Positions 1-9,036 of a DNA stretch of 64,000 nt are shown piece after piece. Position 1 is the stretch's first letter. The number at the start of each line of letters is the position of its first letter. The translations under genes and the position numbers were made by a program. The stretch comes from an uncultured archaeon (lineage in GTDB: Archaea > Asgardarchaeota > Lokiarchaeia > Sigyniarchaeales > SOKP01), in NCBI GenBank assembly GCA_964632315.1, contig CAZWEM010000002.1:64001-128000 (forward strand), in the 5' to 3' direction. The notes under the pieces are model-generated. The model was not told where the DNA came from, made no database searches, and saw only the letters and a program-made list of their open reading frames with translations.

Positions 1-2
1 CA

Positions 3-302
3 GTAGGATATTTTTCCCCGGATGAAATCATGCCATTTCAAGAATATTCAAAAAAAGCTGCTGAAATTATATGGAATAAACTAAATGAGGGTCCTAAAAA
101 TGCAGTGGATATCCATATTTCTCATGATCTTTTTATAATTGCCTTGAGATATGGATGGTTTGGATTGCCACCCCCTGTTGAGTGGATCCCATTTTTAGGA
201 GGATTCGCCTTTACAATTAAAGATAGGATGCTTCGTGTTTTCGATAACAATCAGTTTTTCGAAATGAAAGCTCCGTACTGGTGGAAAAATTTAGAAAAGT
301 AA
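3..302 (+). CDS. C-terminal part of a probable histidine-phosphatase (phosphoglycerate mutase-like) family protein, 5'-truncated by the window edge
   Basis: Frame is open from position 3 (VGYFSPDEIMPF...); IHISHD motif resembles the second conserved His region of histidine phosphatases. Confidence 0.45.
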   Translation, partial: VGYFSPDEIMPFQEYSKKAAEIIWNKLNEGPKNAVDIHISHDLFIIALRYGWFGLPPPVEWIPFLGGFAFTIKDRMLRVFDNNQFFEMKAPYWWKNLEK

Positions 303-420
303 TAGTTTAAACATTTTCTTTATATTTATGAAAAATTATCTTGATCTCATTAAAACTTCTTAAAGCCAAAAAGATAATAAAAAGAAATTAACTAAATTAA
401 ATTATTTTTTAAAAAAAGTC

Positions 421-1341
421 TTAGAACTCGTAGCCACATTTCTTACAAACGTGCTTTTTGGCATACATCGGAATGTGACCAACATAAGAGAGCACTTTAG
501 ACTTATCTTCAGTTTGTTTAATGTCATGTCCAACAGCGCCACACATGGGACAGGTCACTCTCTCGTCGGCAGCAAAACCTCCCGCTCCAATTTCAGGAGG
601 CTTTAATTCACTCAACTCTGTTTCAGTTTCTTCAATTCGTGCAGTCTGAGCTTCAATAAGTTTTTCTTTATCACCAATTTCCCCAGATAATTCGCCTATT
701 TGTGCCTCTTTTTGGGTTAATTGGTTATTTAACTCCTCTAATTTATTCTTGAGTTCTTGATTTTCTGCTTGGGATGCATCTAACTTACTATTAACATCTT
801 GAAGTTGTAAATTAAGCTGATTAAGCATGTCTTGGCTCTCTTCATTAGAGCCTTGAACATCTCCGAGCTTTTGTTTCAATGAATCTATCTCAGAATTCAG
901 ATTACCAACCATTTCTTTCGAGGCAGATAATTCTCCTTCCTTATGTTGTAATTTTGATTCCAATTCAGTTGTTTTATTGTTGGCAGATTCTAATTTACTT
1001 GTTAATTCATCCACTTGCGAGCTAAGGCTGTTTATTGTTTGTTCTGCTTTTTCAATCGCAGAACCACTGGCTGATTTAAGTTGCTCTAATTCTTTTACTT
1101 TTACTTTTGTATTCTCCACTTCTTGTTTTGACGAATTAAGCTGATTTGTAGTAGTCATTAATTCCTGACTTGTTTTTTTAAGGTTATCTTGGACTTGGGT
1201 CAGTTCCTTCTTGTTTTCACTTAATTGTTGCTCTAAATCATTCACTTTGGCCCTTAAGTCAAGAAGAAACCTTCCTTCAACCTTTTGGCTCTTTTCCGGT
1301 TTACTTTCAGCTAACGCCCAGTCTATACTAATTTTACTCAC
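421..1341 (-). CDS. Long coiled-coil protein with C-terminal zinc ribbon
   Basis: About 210 aa of heptad-like E/K/Q/L sequence followed by CPMC...CKKCGYEF; GTG start (ATT at 1332 is an alternative). Confidence 0.8.
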   Translation of the reverse strand: MSKISIDWALAESKPEKSQKVEGRFLLDLRAKVNDLEQQLSENKKELTQVQDNLKKTSQELMTTTNQLNSSKQEVENTKVKVKELEQLKSASGSAIEKAEQTINSLSSQVDELTSKLESANNKTTELESKLQHKEGELSASKEMVGNLNSEIDSLKQKLGDVQGSNEESQDMLNQLNLQLQDVNSKLDASQAENQELKNKLEELNNQLTQKEAQIGELSGEIGDKEKLIEAQTARIEETETELSELKPPEIGAGGFAADERVTCPMCGAVGHDIKQTEDKSKVLSYVGHIPMYAKKHVCKKCGYEF

Positions 1342-1495
1342 TCTCGTACTAGTATAATTGTATATTTTAATAATTATTATTAAGAATTCTATAAGAGAAT
1401 TAATATTTAATTTTAATGAATTAAAAATAAGCCTTAAATTTTCTCAACGTAAAGAAAAAAAATGATGGAATTTTAAGATCTTGCACGTATTTATT

Positions 1496-1523
1496 GATGA
1501 TCAATTAGCATGAATTGCTCATC
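1496..1523. promoter_or_regulatory. Inverted repeat in divergent intergenic region (possible operator/hairpin)
   Basis: GATGATCAATT-agcatg-AATTGCTCATC, 10/11 matched arms. Confidence 0.35.
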
Positions 1524-1650
1524 TACAGAGAAATAAGATAATTATAGGACGTATTGTAAATTATAATAATTTATATAATCCGTAGGTTTACTATTATTTA
1601 TCTTTTTGAATAAGTTTTTTATTATGAAATAGAAAAAATAAGTGAGCAGT

Positions 1651-1935
1651 ATGGAAAATAAAGAAATTGGCAGGATTTTGATCATTTTAGGCGGTGTTAT
1701 CGGCTTAATCGAAGCTATCATTGGTTTTTTCGGATGGGGATGGTTTGGGTGGATCGGCTCAATTATAGGATTAATTGTCTCAGTATTGATATTATTATCT
1801 GTTTTTAGACCAGGAAATCCGATTCCATATACTCCTATTATTGAATTAATATTAACTATATTGTTATTGATATTTGGCTCTTGGATAGGCGGTATTATAG
1901 GCATTATTGGCGCAATATTACTTCTCATAGATTAA
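1651..1935 (+). CDS. Small hydrophobic membrane protein (about 4 TM)
   Basis: Gly/Ile/Leu-rich segments; ATG 5 nt after GTGA; followed by a T-tract. Confidence 0.8.
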   Translation: MENKEIGRILIILGGVIGLIEAIIGFFGWGWFGWIGSIIGLIVSVLILLSVFRPGNPIPYTPIIELILTILLLIFGSWIGGIIGIIGAILLLID

Positions 1936-1945
1936 ATCCTAACTC

Positions 1946-1961
1946 TTTATTTTTTTTTTTT
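1946..1961 (+). terminator. Archaeal oligo-T terminator
   Basis: T-run (12 consecutive T at 1950-1961) just after the stop at 1935. Confidence 0.5.
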
Positions 1962-2134
1962 AATTTCACCTTATTGTAAATATCTTAGAAAAACGACTAT
2001 TAGTCAAAAAATCATGGTGAAATTCAATAATGTGGATTAAAGGAAAAAATCAAAAAGTGTATTAAATTTTTATTTGAGGGTGATAAATATATATTAATTA
2101 AGCAAAAAGGAAGTGGAATGGAATCGAAAAAGAC

Positions 2135-2965
2135 TTGAGAGGAGTAAAAAACTCGTTTATATCTACTTCAGGCGTATTGAAGACACCATTCTCCATAATA
2201 GTGTTGTTCGAGTTTCTTGTGGGAGTGTTTATAGTAATCTTAACACATTCGTGGTATGTAAACAACTTATATTATTATTTCACGGGAAAAGTGATCTTTC
2301 CTCTTCCAATACATGATGCATTATGGGTTAGAATCGTGTTAATCCTTCTAATACCCTTAAACGTTTATGCTACGTTATTTCTCTTTTCATTTACCATAAT
2401 TGCCTTTTCAGTAATAATTTTCAAAATCCTAAATATGATATGCCCTCCAAGGGAAGGGAGATTCAAAAAGGGGAGTAAAGAATGGAAGTACATGAACAAG
2501 CGATTTTGGACGGCCTATTTTCCAATATGGTTGGCAAGAGCCCTTCCGATACCATGGGTAGATATTGTTGCATATCGTTTATTTGGTGTTCGTATTGGAA
2601 AAAATGTGGTTTTATATGAGGGATATGTAGATCCATTTTTCGTGGAGATAGGAGATTTTACGATGACTTCCTTAAACATTTGTATTTTTTCTCACTTAAT
2701 TTACCACGATGAAGTCATAATTCGAAAGGTTCACATTGGGGAGGCTTGTGTCGTAGGGCCCCATACAATTGTATCTCCAGGGACAATCATGGAAGATAGA
2801 GCAATATTGGGAGCTAACAGTTATACAGACTTTGACCAGAAATTAGAGAGTGATCTCATCCACGTTGGAAATCCCGTTAATATCAAATTACCACTCCAAT
2901 CAGTGGAGGATTCTCAAAAAAAGGTGAAAAGAGTAAAGACAGAAAAAACAGAGGGGGAGGATTAA
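2135..2965 (+). CDS. Membrane-anchored left-handed beta-helix (hexapeptide repeat) acyltransferase-like protein
   Basis: Two N-terminal TM helices, then PPREG...RLFGVRIGKNVV...VEIGDF...VHIGEACVVG hexapeptide repeats. Confidence 0.75.
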   Translation: MRGVKNSFISTSGVLKTPFSIIVLFEFLVGVFIVILTHSWYVNNLYYYFTGKVIFPLPIHDALWVRIVLILLIPLNVYATLFLFSFTIIAFSVIIFKILNMICPPREGRFKKGSKEWKYMNKRFWTAYFPIWLARALPIPWVDIVAYRLFGVRIGKNVVLYEGYVDPFFVEIGDFTMTSLNICIFSHLIYHDEVIIRKVHIGEACVVGPHTIVSPGTIMEDRAILGANSYTDFDQKLESDLIHVGNPVNIKLPLQSVEDSQKKVKRVKTEKTEGED

Positions 2966-3703
2966 ATGTTCCAACCCGCAAGTTTGAAAGGAGTATCACC
3001 AGTCCCAGTTGATGAGAGGATTAGAAGAGCCATTCTACCCTTGTATTATCTCATCATTATAATAAGCTTTTTTCCCATTTCGATCCTCGAATACTATTAC
3101 ATTTTGGCATTTTGGCAAGATTCATACTACTTCATTTTTTTGTTACTCTTTCCATTTAATTTAGTAATAATCATCCATCTCCTTCAGTTGAGTGCATTAA
3201 TAATTGCGGGTTTAATTTTAAAAATCACTAATTTGATACATGCTCCAAAAGAAGGTATTTTCAACCGAAATGTAAAAGATAGAGACTATCTTTTCTGGAA
3301 CATTCGAAACATCATAAAAAAGTGGCCTTTATACTTAACTTCTTCAAATCCCTTTCCTTGGTGGAAAAACAGGTTTTCTTTACGATTCTTTGGGGTGAAG
3401 ATTGGGAAACATAGTATCGTAGACAATTCGTGGTTATCATCAGAGTTTCTAAAAGTCGGAAAAAATGTGATCTTAGGGATGAACAGCACCCTAATTACCT
3501 TTGGAATCGAGCAAGATAAATTTTTTATCAGGAAAATCCTCATTGAAGACGAGGTTTTGATCGGAGCAAAATGTTCAATTCTTCCTGGAACCCACATAAA
3601 GAGAGGGGCAAAACTTGCTGCTCACTCATATACTAATTATGATGAAATTCTTGAAGAGCAACAATTATATGGGGGACATCCAGCAAAATTAATAATAGAT
3701 TAA
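2966..3703 (+). CDS. Second membrane-anchored hexapeptide-repeat acyltransferase-like protein (paralog of upstream gene)
   Basis: TM-TM, APKEG, RFFGVKIGKHS, LKVGKNVILG, VLIGAKCSILPG, GGHPAK; starts directly after the upstream stop. Confidence 0.75.
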   Translation: MFQPASLKGVSPVPVDERIRRAILPLYYLIIIISFFPISILEYYYILAFWQDSYYFIFLLLFPFNLVIIIHLLQLSALIIAGLILKITNLIHAPKEGIFNRNVKDRDYLFWNIRNIIKKWPLYLTSSNPFPWWKNRFSLRFFGVKIGKHSIVDNSWLSSEFLKVGKNVILGMNSTLITFGIEQDKFFIRKILIEDEVLIGAKCSILPGTHIKRGAKLAAHSYTNYDEILEEQQLYGGHPAKLIID

Positions 3704-3792
3704 AAATCAATTAAAGAAACGCGGAAAATAAGTATCATCGATAATTATATCAAGATAGTAAGCTATAAAATTGTATTACAAGAGATAATATA

Positions 3793-5028
3793 ATGGAATA
3801 TGCAACGATTCTCCCACAATATAATGTTATTCTTATTCGTTATGCTGAAATCTGGTTGAAATCTCAAAAGGTTAAGGTTAGGATGTTAAAAACTATGATG
3901 AACAACATTAAAATTGCTCTAGAACGTGAAGAAGTACCATTCCACAAATATCAAATGAGCAAAGACTCATCCCGAGTATTTTTCTTTTTTAACAATGAAG
4001 ATATGTTTAATGCAATAAATGTCATTTTAAGAGTGTTTGGTATCCATTCTATTAGTCCAGTATTACGGACCTCAAATAAAGCAAAAAATATAATAGAGAG
4101 ATCTATTGAAGTAGCTAAGAAAATCATGAATCCGAACGATAGTTTTGCGGTACGAGTAAAGCGTTCAGGAGACCATGATTTCACTTCTATAGAGCTTGCT
4201 AGTTTGGTTGGGAAGGAGATAAATGACAAATTAAGCTATTTAAATTTGAGTGTTAATCTAACTAATCCAGACAAAATAATTTATATAGAAGTACGAGATG
4301 ATTTTAGTTATATCTTCACGGATATTATTACATCACCTTGGGGAGGATTACCAATAGAATCGAGGAAGAAATTATTTATTCTTGATATTGGGAGATTGAA
4401 TGATTTGACTGCAGGTTTTTTAATCATGAGAAGAGGATCAGAAATCCATCCGATCTTATTTAAAATGAGAGATGACACAAAATATATTAAAAAATGGATC
4501 GAGAATTGGAGGCTTGCTGGACTTTATTCTCCTTATAAGAACTTTACAATAAATATTATTGATCTACATGCAATCATAACTGAGGTAATTCCCTTATTAA
4601 AAAACAAATCTTTAATTTGTTCATTATGCCGGATACTACGGTTTGCTACCATAGACAAGTTAAAAGATAATTTAGAAATTCCAGTTTTTCAAAAAACTCG
4701 AGCAATAGTTGATGGAGTTAGTTTTAATGACATGAATGATTGTTACGATGAGATAGATTTGAATTCCTTGGAATTAAATTATCAGTTTTCAGGATTTCCA
4801 ATTTTTACTCCTTTAATCGGGTTTAACCAGCAAGAGATAAAGGAATTAAATGAAAAGATATCAAAAGAGTTAATAAGATTGAATTATTGCGAATTAAAAC
4901 CACAAAATCAAATATTCCAAGCAGAAGAGGTCATAGAAACATTCAAGCGTCTTGATTTGGAATCATTAGTAAACAAAGCATTGAAGGAAATGAAAAAAAT
5001 AACAATTTCATTGTTAAGTGGAGAATGA
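3793..5028 (+). CDS. thiI: ThiI-like tRNA thiouridine synthase family protein (THUMP domain; degenerate PP-loop)
   Basis: ILIRYAEIWLKS N-terminus, VFGIHSISP, SFAVRVKRSG, VNLTNPD THUMP motifs, GGLP, CSLC, PLIG, final Cys. Confidence 0.75.
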   Translation: MEYATILPQYNVILIRYAEIWLKSQKVKVRMLKTMMNNIKIALEREEVPFHKYQMSKDSSRVFFFFNNEDMFNAINVILRVFGIHSISPVLRTSNKAKNIIERSIEVAKKIMNPNDSFAVRVKRSGDHDFTSIELASLVGKEINDKLSYLNLSVNLTNPDKIIYIEVRDDFSYIFTDIITSPWGGLPIESRKKLFILDIGRLNDLTAGFLIMRRGSEIHPILFKMRDDTKYIKKWIENWRLAGLYSPYKNFTINIIDLHAIITEVIPLLKNKSLICSLCRILRFATIDKLKDNLEIPVFQKTRAIVDGVSFNDMNDCYDEIDLNSLELNYQFSGFPIFTPLIGFNQQEIKELNEKISKELIRLNYCELKPQNQIFQAEEVIETFKRLDLESLVNKALKEMKKITISLLSGE

Positions 5029-5108
5029 TATAATCCTATAAATTAAAAAAAATAAATTTAATTAAGAGAGCATATTTTGAGATTTAAAGAGCATAATATT
5101 GAGATAAA

Positions 5109-5390
5109 ATGGTCAAGATCGAATTAAATCTGTTTAACCTTTTTGCTCTCAGAACTAAAAAAGATAAATTGGAATATGAAGGAAATACCGTAGGGGACAT
5201 CATAAAGCAATTTATCACTGATTATAAAGAAGATCTAGGAGAAGGAGTATTAACTAAAAATAAAAAAAAATTAAATCCTCAAATGTTAGTTTTGTTGAAT
5301 GGTAGGAACGTTACATACTTGGAAAATTATAAAACTAAATTGAAAGCGGGGGATAAGCTCTACCTATCTTTTCCAATAGCTGGTGGCTGA
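5109..5390 (+). CDS. MoaD/ThiS/SAMP ubiquitin-like sulfur carrier
   Basis: beta-grasp pattern, VLLNGRNV, LKAGDKL, C-terminal IAGG. Confidence 0.9.
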   Translation: MVKIELNLFNLFALRTKKDKLEYEGNTVGDIIKQFITDYKEDLGEGVLTKNKKKLNPQMLVLLNGRNVTYLENYKTKLKAGDKLYLSFPIAGG

Positions 5391-5515
5391 TTATTCACTA
5401 TTAATTTATATAGATCTGCACTCTTAAAACTCGAAAAGTAAGAATTTATTAGTCTTAACTTCAATATTAAATTTATAGAGTCTTTTTCCTATATGTTAAA
5501 TTAAATTGATGGTGA

Positions 5516-6457
5516 ATTACGTTTACGAAAAAAGTAGCATTTCTGGGTCTTGATAATGCAGGAAAGACGTCAATTATAACAGTAATTACAAAAAGATTCG
5601 GATTTGAAGAGGAGGTTTTGAATCTACTCCCAACTAGGAAAATAGCCAGAGATGCATTTAAATTCTTAGGGATAGAATTTATTAGGATGGATTTTGGTGG
5701 CCAATCACAGTATAGAGAAGAATACTTAAAGAATCCGACAAAATACATCTCAGGTACTGATCTAATTTTCTATGTTATAGACGTTCAAGATTTTGATAGG
5801 TATGTTGAAACCATAGATTATTTAGATAAAATACTTATATATCTTAAAGAAGAGCAAGAATATCCCCCATTAGCAATTTTATTACATAAATTTGACCCTC
5901 AACTTGTAAAAGACAAGGAAATAAATAGCAGGGCATTAACGATAAAGCAAGCTTTGACCAGGTATAGTAATGACTTTGATATTTTTTTCTTTGAAACGTC
6001 TATTTATGATGTTAAATCAGTAATGGACACTTTTTCAAGCGGATTATCATTATTATTTGATAAAATAGAAATTGTTTCTCAATTATTAGCAGAAATAAGT
6101 AAAAACTACGATACCCTCCTTATTGCATTATTTGATTCAATGGGTATTACGATCGGAGAATATTATCGACCTCACATGCAATTAAAAGAAAAAATGCGCA
6201 TATATGATAAGTATTTAGATGTACAGAAAAGAATTATGGCAGAAAATAAAAAGTTATATGAATTCTCTGATAAATTCGATAATGGAGAGCGATATTCTGG
6301 ACTTATTGAAGTTTTATCATATGGAGAATTGGAATTTTACTTACTTTTTGTCATTGAAGAAGATCCAGAAAACTTGGGACAAACTGTAGAAATTCTGAAT
6401 AAGATTGAATCTGCTAGACCTCAGATGGAAAACATCATTTTCCAGATAATTCAATGA
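5516..6457 (+). CDS. Small GTPase (Arf/Rag-like) with C-terminal roadblock/longin-like domain; non-canonical start
   Basis: G1 GLDNAGKT lies in frame upstream of the called TTG (5618); G2 LPT, G3 DFGGQ, G4 HKFD, G5 ETSI; in-frame stop at 5513. Confidence 0.9.
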   Translation: MTFTKKVAFLGLDNAGKTSIITVITKRFGFEEEVLNLLPTRKIARDAFKFLGIEFIRMDFGGQSQYREEYLKNPTKYISGTDLIFYVIDVQDFDRYVETIDYLDKILIYLKEEQEYPPLAILLHKFDPQLVKDKEINSRALTIKQALTRYSNDFDIFFFETSIYDVKSVMDTFSSGLSLLFDKIEIVSQLLAEISKNYDTLLIALFDSMGITIGEYYRPHMQLKEKMRIYDKYLDVQKRIMAENKKLYEFSDKFDNGERYSGLIEVLSYGELEFYLLFVIEEDPENLGQTVEILNKIESARPQMENIIFQIIQ

Positions 6458-7518
6458 TCTTTTTCGTGTGATCTTATAAATTCACCTAATTTTTGTTTAT
6501 TAGGTGCTTCTTGACGAGTTATTTTATATAAGGAGGAAAATGTCGCATATTTCATGCAGTCTAAACTCGTCTTCTTTAATACTTGAACATTTTCTGGAAG
6601 AAATAAACGATCAAATTCTTCTTTGTTACCTATTAAATGGTACAATTGTGATAAAAATCCAGCAGCAAAAGCATCCCCGGCTCCGGTTAAATCTACAATA
6701 TGATCAATTTCAATAACTGAAAATTCTAAATGTATCTCATTCGTCAATAAATGAGATCCTCTCTTTCCTTCAGTATAGATCCGTATTTGGGCATATTTCT
6801 TCAATAAAGCATCAGCTTGTTCAACTTTTAACGCCTTTCCTAATATTTTAATAGCATCATCAAAATTGATGAATAAAATATCTTTCTTCTCTTGAATTAA
6901 TTCATCTAAAGTCGTCAAGGTTTGAATAGCTTGAAATTCAACTGTAACTACAGTAATTAGATCCTTCCTTGATCCAATTGTGAATAAATTAGAATATTTT
7001 TCAGAAAAAGGAGTTGAAAATAGTATTTTTGCATTATCAAATATACTTTCATTAATTTCAATTTGGTTGAAATTCATTTTTTGTTTCAAATTTGGTGCAA
7101 TGTATATTTTTGTTGTAATTTGAGACTTAATTATCGTGCTTACAGGAGTTAGTTCATCAATCTGGTATATATTCTCAGTAATTATGCTTAATTTGTTTAA
7201 CTCTTCGATCATCCAATTACTTCTTCGACCAATGACAGAGATTAGCCTCGTGGGAATGCCTAATGCAGAAATAATTTCTGCAGTGTTATTTCCATTTCCA
7301 CCTCTCTTTAAATAGCTAGAACCTTCTATTTTCTTAGAAATGTTTTCAATACCATTTGTAATTACTTTTTTTATGACTTTTGAATTTAGATCATCGGGAT
7401 TATATTTGATAAAATTAGCTAAATCAGATGTTAATTTTTCGATAATAATTTGATAAAAATTACTCTCATAGTATAGATCTTGATGTAATTCTCCAATAAT
7501 CACAATCTCTTTTCTCAT
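6451..7518 (-). CDS. PfkB/ribokinase-family carbohydrate kinase
   Basis: GGNGNN and DLTGAGDAF signatures; ATG at 7518 chosen because the longer ORF overlaps the tRNA. Confidence 0.88.
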   Translation of the reverse strand: MRKEIVIIGELHQDLYYESNFYQIIIEKLTSDLANFIKYNPDDLNSKVIKKVITNGIENISKKIEGSSYLKRGGNGNNTAEIISALGIPTRLISVIGRRSNWMIEELNKLSIITENIYQIDELTPVSTIIKSQITTKIYIAPNLKQKMNFNQIEINESIFDNAKILFSTPFSEKYSNLFTIGSRKDLITVVTVEFQAIQTLTTLDELIQEKKDILFINFDDAIKILGKALKVEQADALLKKYAQIRIYTEGKRGSHLLTNEIHLEFSVIEIDHIVDLTGAGDAFAAGFLSQLYHLIGNKEEFDRLFLPENVQVLKKTSLDCMKYATFSSLYKITRQEAPNKQKLGEFIRSHEKDH

Positions 7519-7561
7519 ACTAAAGTCATTCAAAGCTTTTTGATAATGATTAGCTAAATAA

Positions 7562-7665
7562 CGCAGATGGAGGGATTTGAACCCCCGCGCGCTTTCACGC
7601 ACCAGCTTTCCAAAGTTTTTAAAAAACTCCTCGAGGCTGGCGTCTTACCACTAGGCTACATCTGC
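7562..7665 (-). tRNA. tRNA-Ser(CGA) with 22-nt intron at canonical 37/38 (7629..7608)
   Basis: Acceptor GCAGATG/CATCTGC, discriminator G, anticodon stem CCAGC/GCTGG, loop CT-CGA-G^A, long variable arm, T-loop TTCAAAT; no encoded CCA. Confidence 0.92.
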
Positions 7666-7792
7666 AGTTTAAAGATTATTAATTGACTGATTGTATTTAA
7701 TAATTTAATTATTTGGATAATAATAATTTTTTCTGATGTAAGTAAACATAGTAGAAGTTTTATTTAAATAAGAAAAGTGTAAAATTATATTA

Positions 7793-8095
7793 TTAGTTAG
7801 AAGTAGGGATGTAAATTTTTAATTTTAATGAAGGATCGAATAATTTTATTAACCCTTCTTGTTCATACTTTTCCAATAATAACTTGGCAGTGGAAATCCG
7901 TATATCGTATTTTAATGCTAGATCTGAAGCTAAAATTGATTTTTTCTTCAGCAGGCTTTCTTTAATTTCATCCTCTAAAGCACCAGGGATAAATGCATCT
8001 CTTTCTACAATATTGATTTGCTTTGATCTTCCGTACTTTCTTTTTAAATTCAAGGTTGCTTTTCTTGTTAATAACTTGTCTTCTTTCTCAGACAC
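7793..8095 (-). CDS. rps25e: 30S ribosomal protein S25e (eS25)-like
   Basis: Basic N-terminus, then ILASDLALKYDIRISTAKLLLEKYEQEGLIK...KIYIP winged-helix pattern typical of eS25. Confidence 0.75.
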   Translation of the reverse strand: MSEKEDKLLTRKATLNLKRKYGRSKQINIVERDAFIPGALEDEIKESLLKKKSILASDLALKYDIRISTAKLLLEKYEQEGLIKLFDPSLKLKIYIPTSN

Positions 8096-8234
8096 AGTAA
8101 TCACAATTAGTTGAACAAATCTTATAACAGTTTATTTATAAAATATTTAAATTATAATAAAATTTTTGATTCTTTGTGAAGATAATCGAAAGACCCTTCT
8201 ATCCTTAAAATTATGCAACTAAAGTGACTAAAAT

Positions 8235-8867
8235 TTGAATGACGGATACAAATTCGAAATTAAACGTAAAAGACCTGAAGATATTTATAGAAATGTATTC
8301 GACTATTATGATTCTGATGAGATTTCAAAATATGCGGAATCAAAAAGTTTAATGAATATACAAGAAAAAATAACTATCAGGGCATTAGAAATTTTAGAAC
8401 TCAACAATAAGAATGCCTTGATTTTAGATTTAGGTTGTGGTCCAGGGTTTGCGGGTATCTATTTAAATGAACTCGGATATAAAATCATTTCCATAGATCT
8501 TTTATTAGATTTCCTAAGATATTATGATATTAAAGAATTAAGTCCAATACAGAGTGACATGAGTTTTCTTCCTTTTCGATCACGCATTTTTGATGCGATA
8601 GTTTCAATTTCATCTTTACAATGGCTTCACAGAATTTATCATTCGAAAACTACTATTAACTTAATTAAAAATCTTGCTGCAGATGTCTATAAGATATTAA
8701 AACCCTCATCAAAAGCAATATTTCAATTTTATCCTAAAAATGACAGTATTATGAAGGAAATAGGGAAGATTTTTATTGAATCCACTCCATTGGAAGGAGG
8801 TTTTATAATAGACAATCCAGAATCTGCAAAAAAAAGGCAAATTTTTCTAATTCTTAACAAGAATTAA
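8235..8867 (+). CDS. Bud23/WBSCR22-like SAM-dependent rRNA methyltransferase
   Basis: RPE...YY...KY...IQEKITIRALEIL, ILDLGCGPG, LPFR..FDAIVSISSLQWL, FQFYPKND, GGFIIDNPESAKKRQIFLIL follow eukaryotic Bud23 motifs over the full length. Confidence 0.85.
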   Translation: MNDGYKFEIKRKRPEDIYRNVFDYYDSDEISKYAESKSLMNIQEKITIRALEILELNNKNALILDLGCGPGFAGIYLNELGYKIISIDLLLDFLRYYDIKELSPIQSDMSFLPFRSRIFDAIVSISSLQWLHRIYHSKTTINLIKNLAADVYKILKPSSKAIFQFYPKNDSIMKEIGKIFIESTPLEGGFIIDNPESAKKRQIFLILNKN

Positions 8868-9036
8868 TTCTCGTTCGATTTAAGAGCGATTTATCTTTAT
8901 TGAAATCCAATGAAATACAATTTGTTATTTATTAGCTAAGAGTTAAATATGAAAAATTGTATAATAGATGGTAAAAAGTCCCACTTTTTAAATAAATAAA
9001 AATTGAATTTTCAAAAAACTTTTGTGTGAAATTTTA

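Noticed and set aside
421-1341. SMC/Rad50 call
   Set aside because: No Walker A/B or signature motif
7519-7602. N-terminal extension (MRESARGF...) of the PfkB ORF
   Set aside because: It overlaps the tRNA-Ser gene; ATG 7518 gives a normal PfkB start
7607-7635. Alternative splicing to give tRNA-Ser(GGA), since the intron end reads TT-GGA-AA
   Set aside because: I could not build a bulge-helix-bulge for a shifted (33/34) excision, whereas the 37/38 geometry fits
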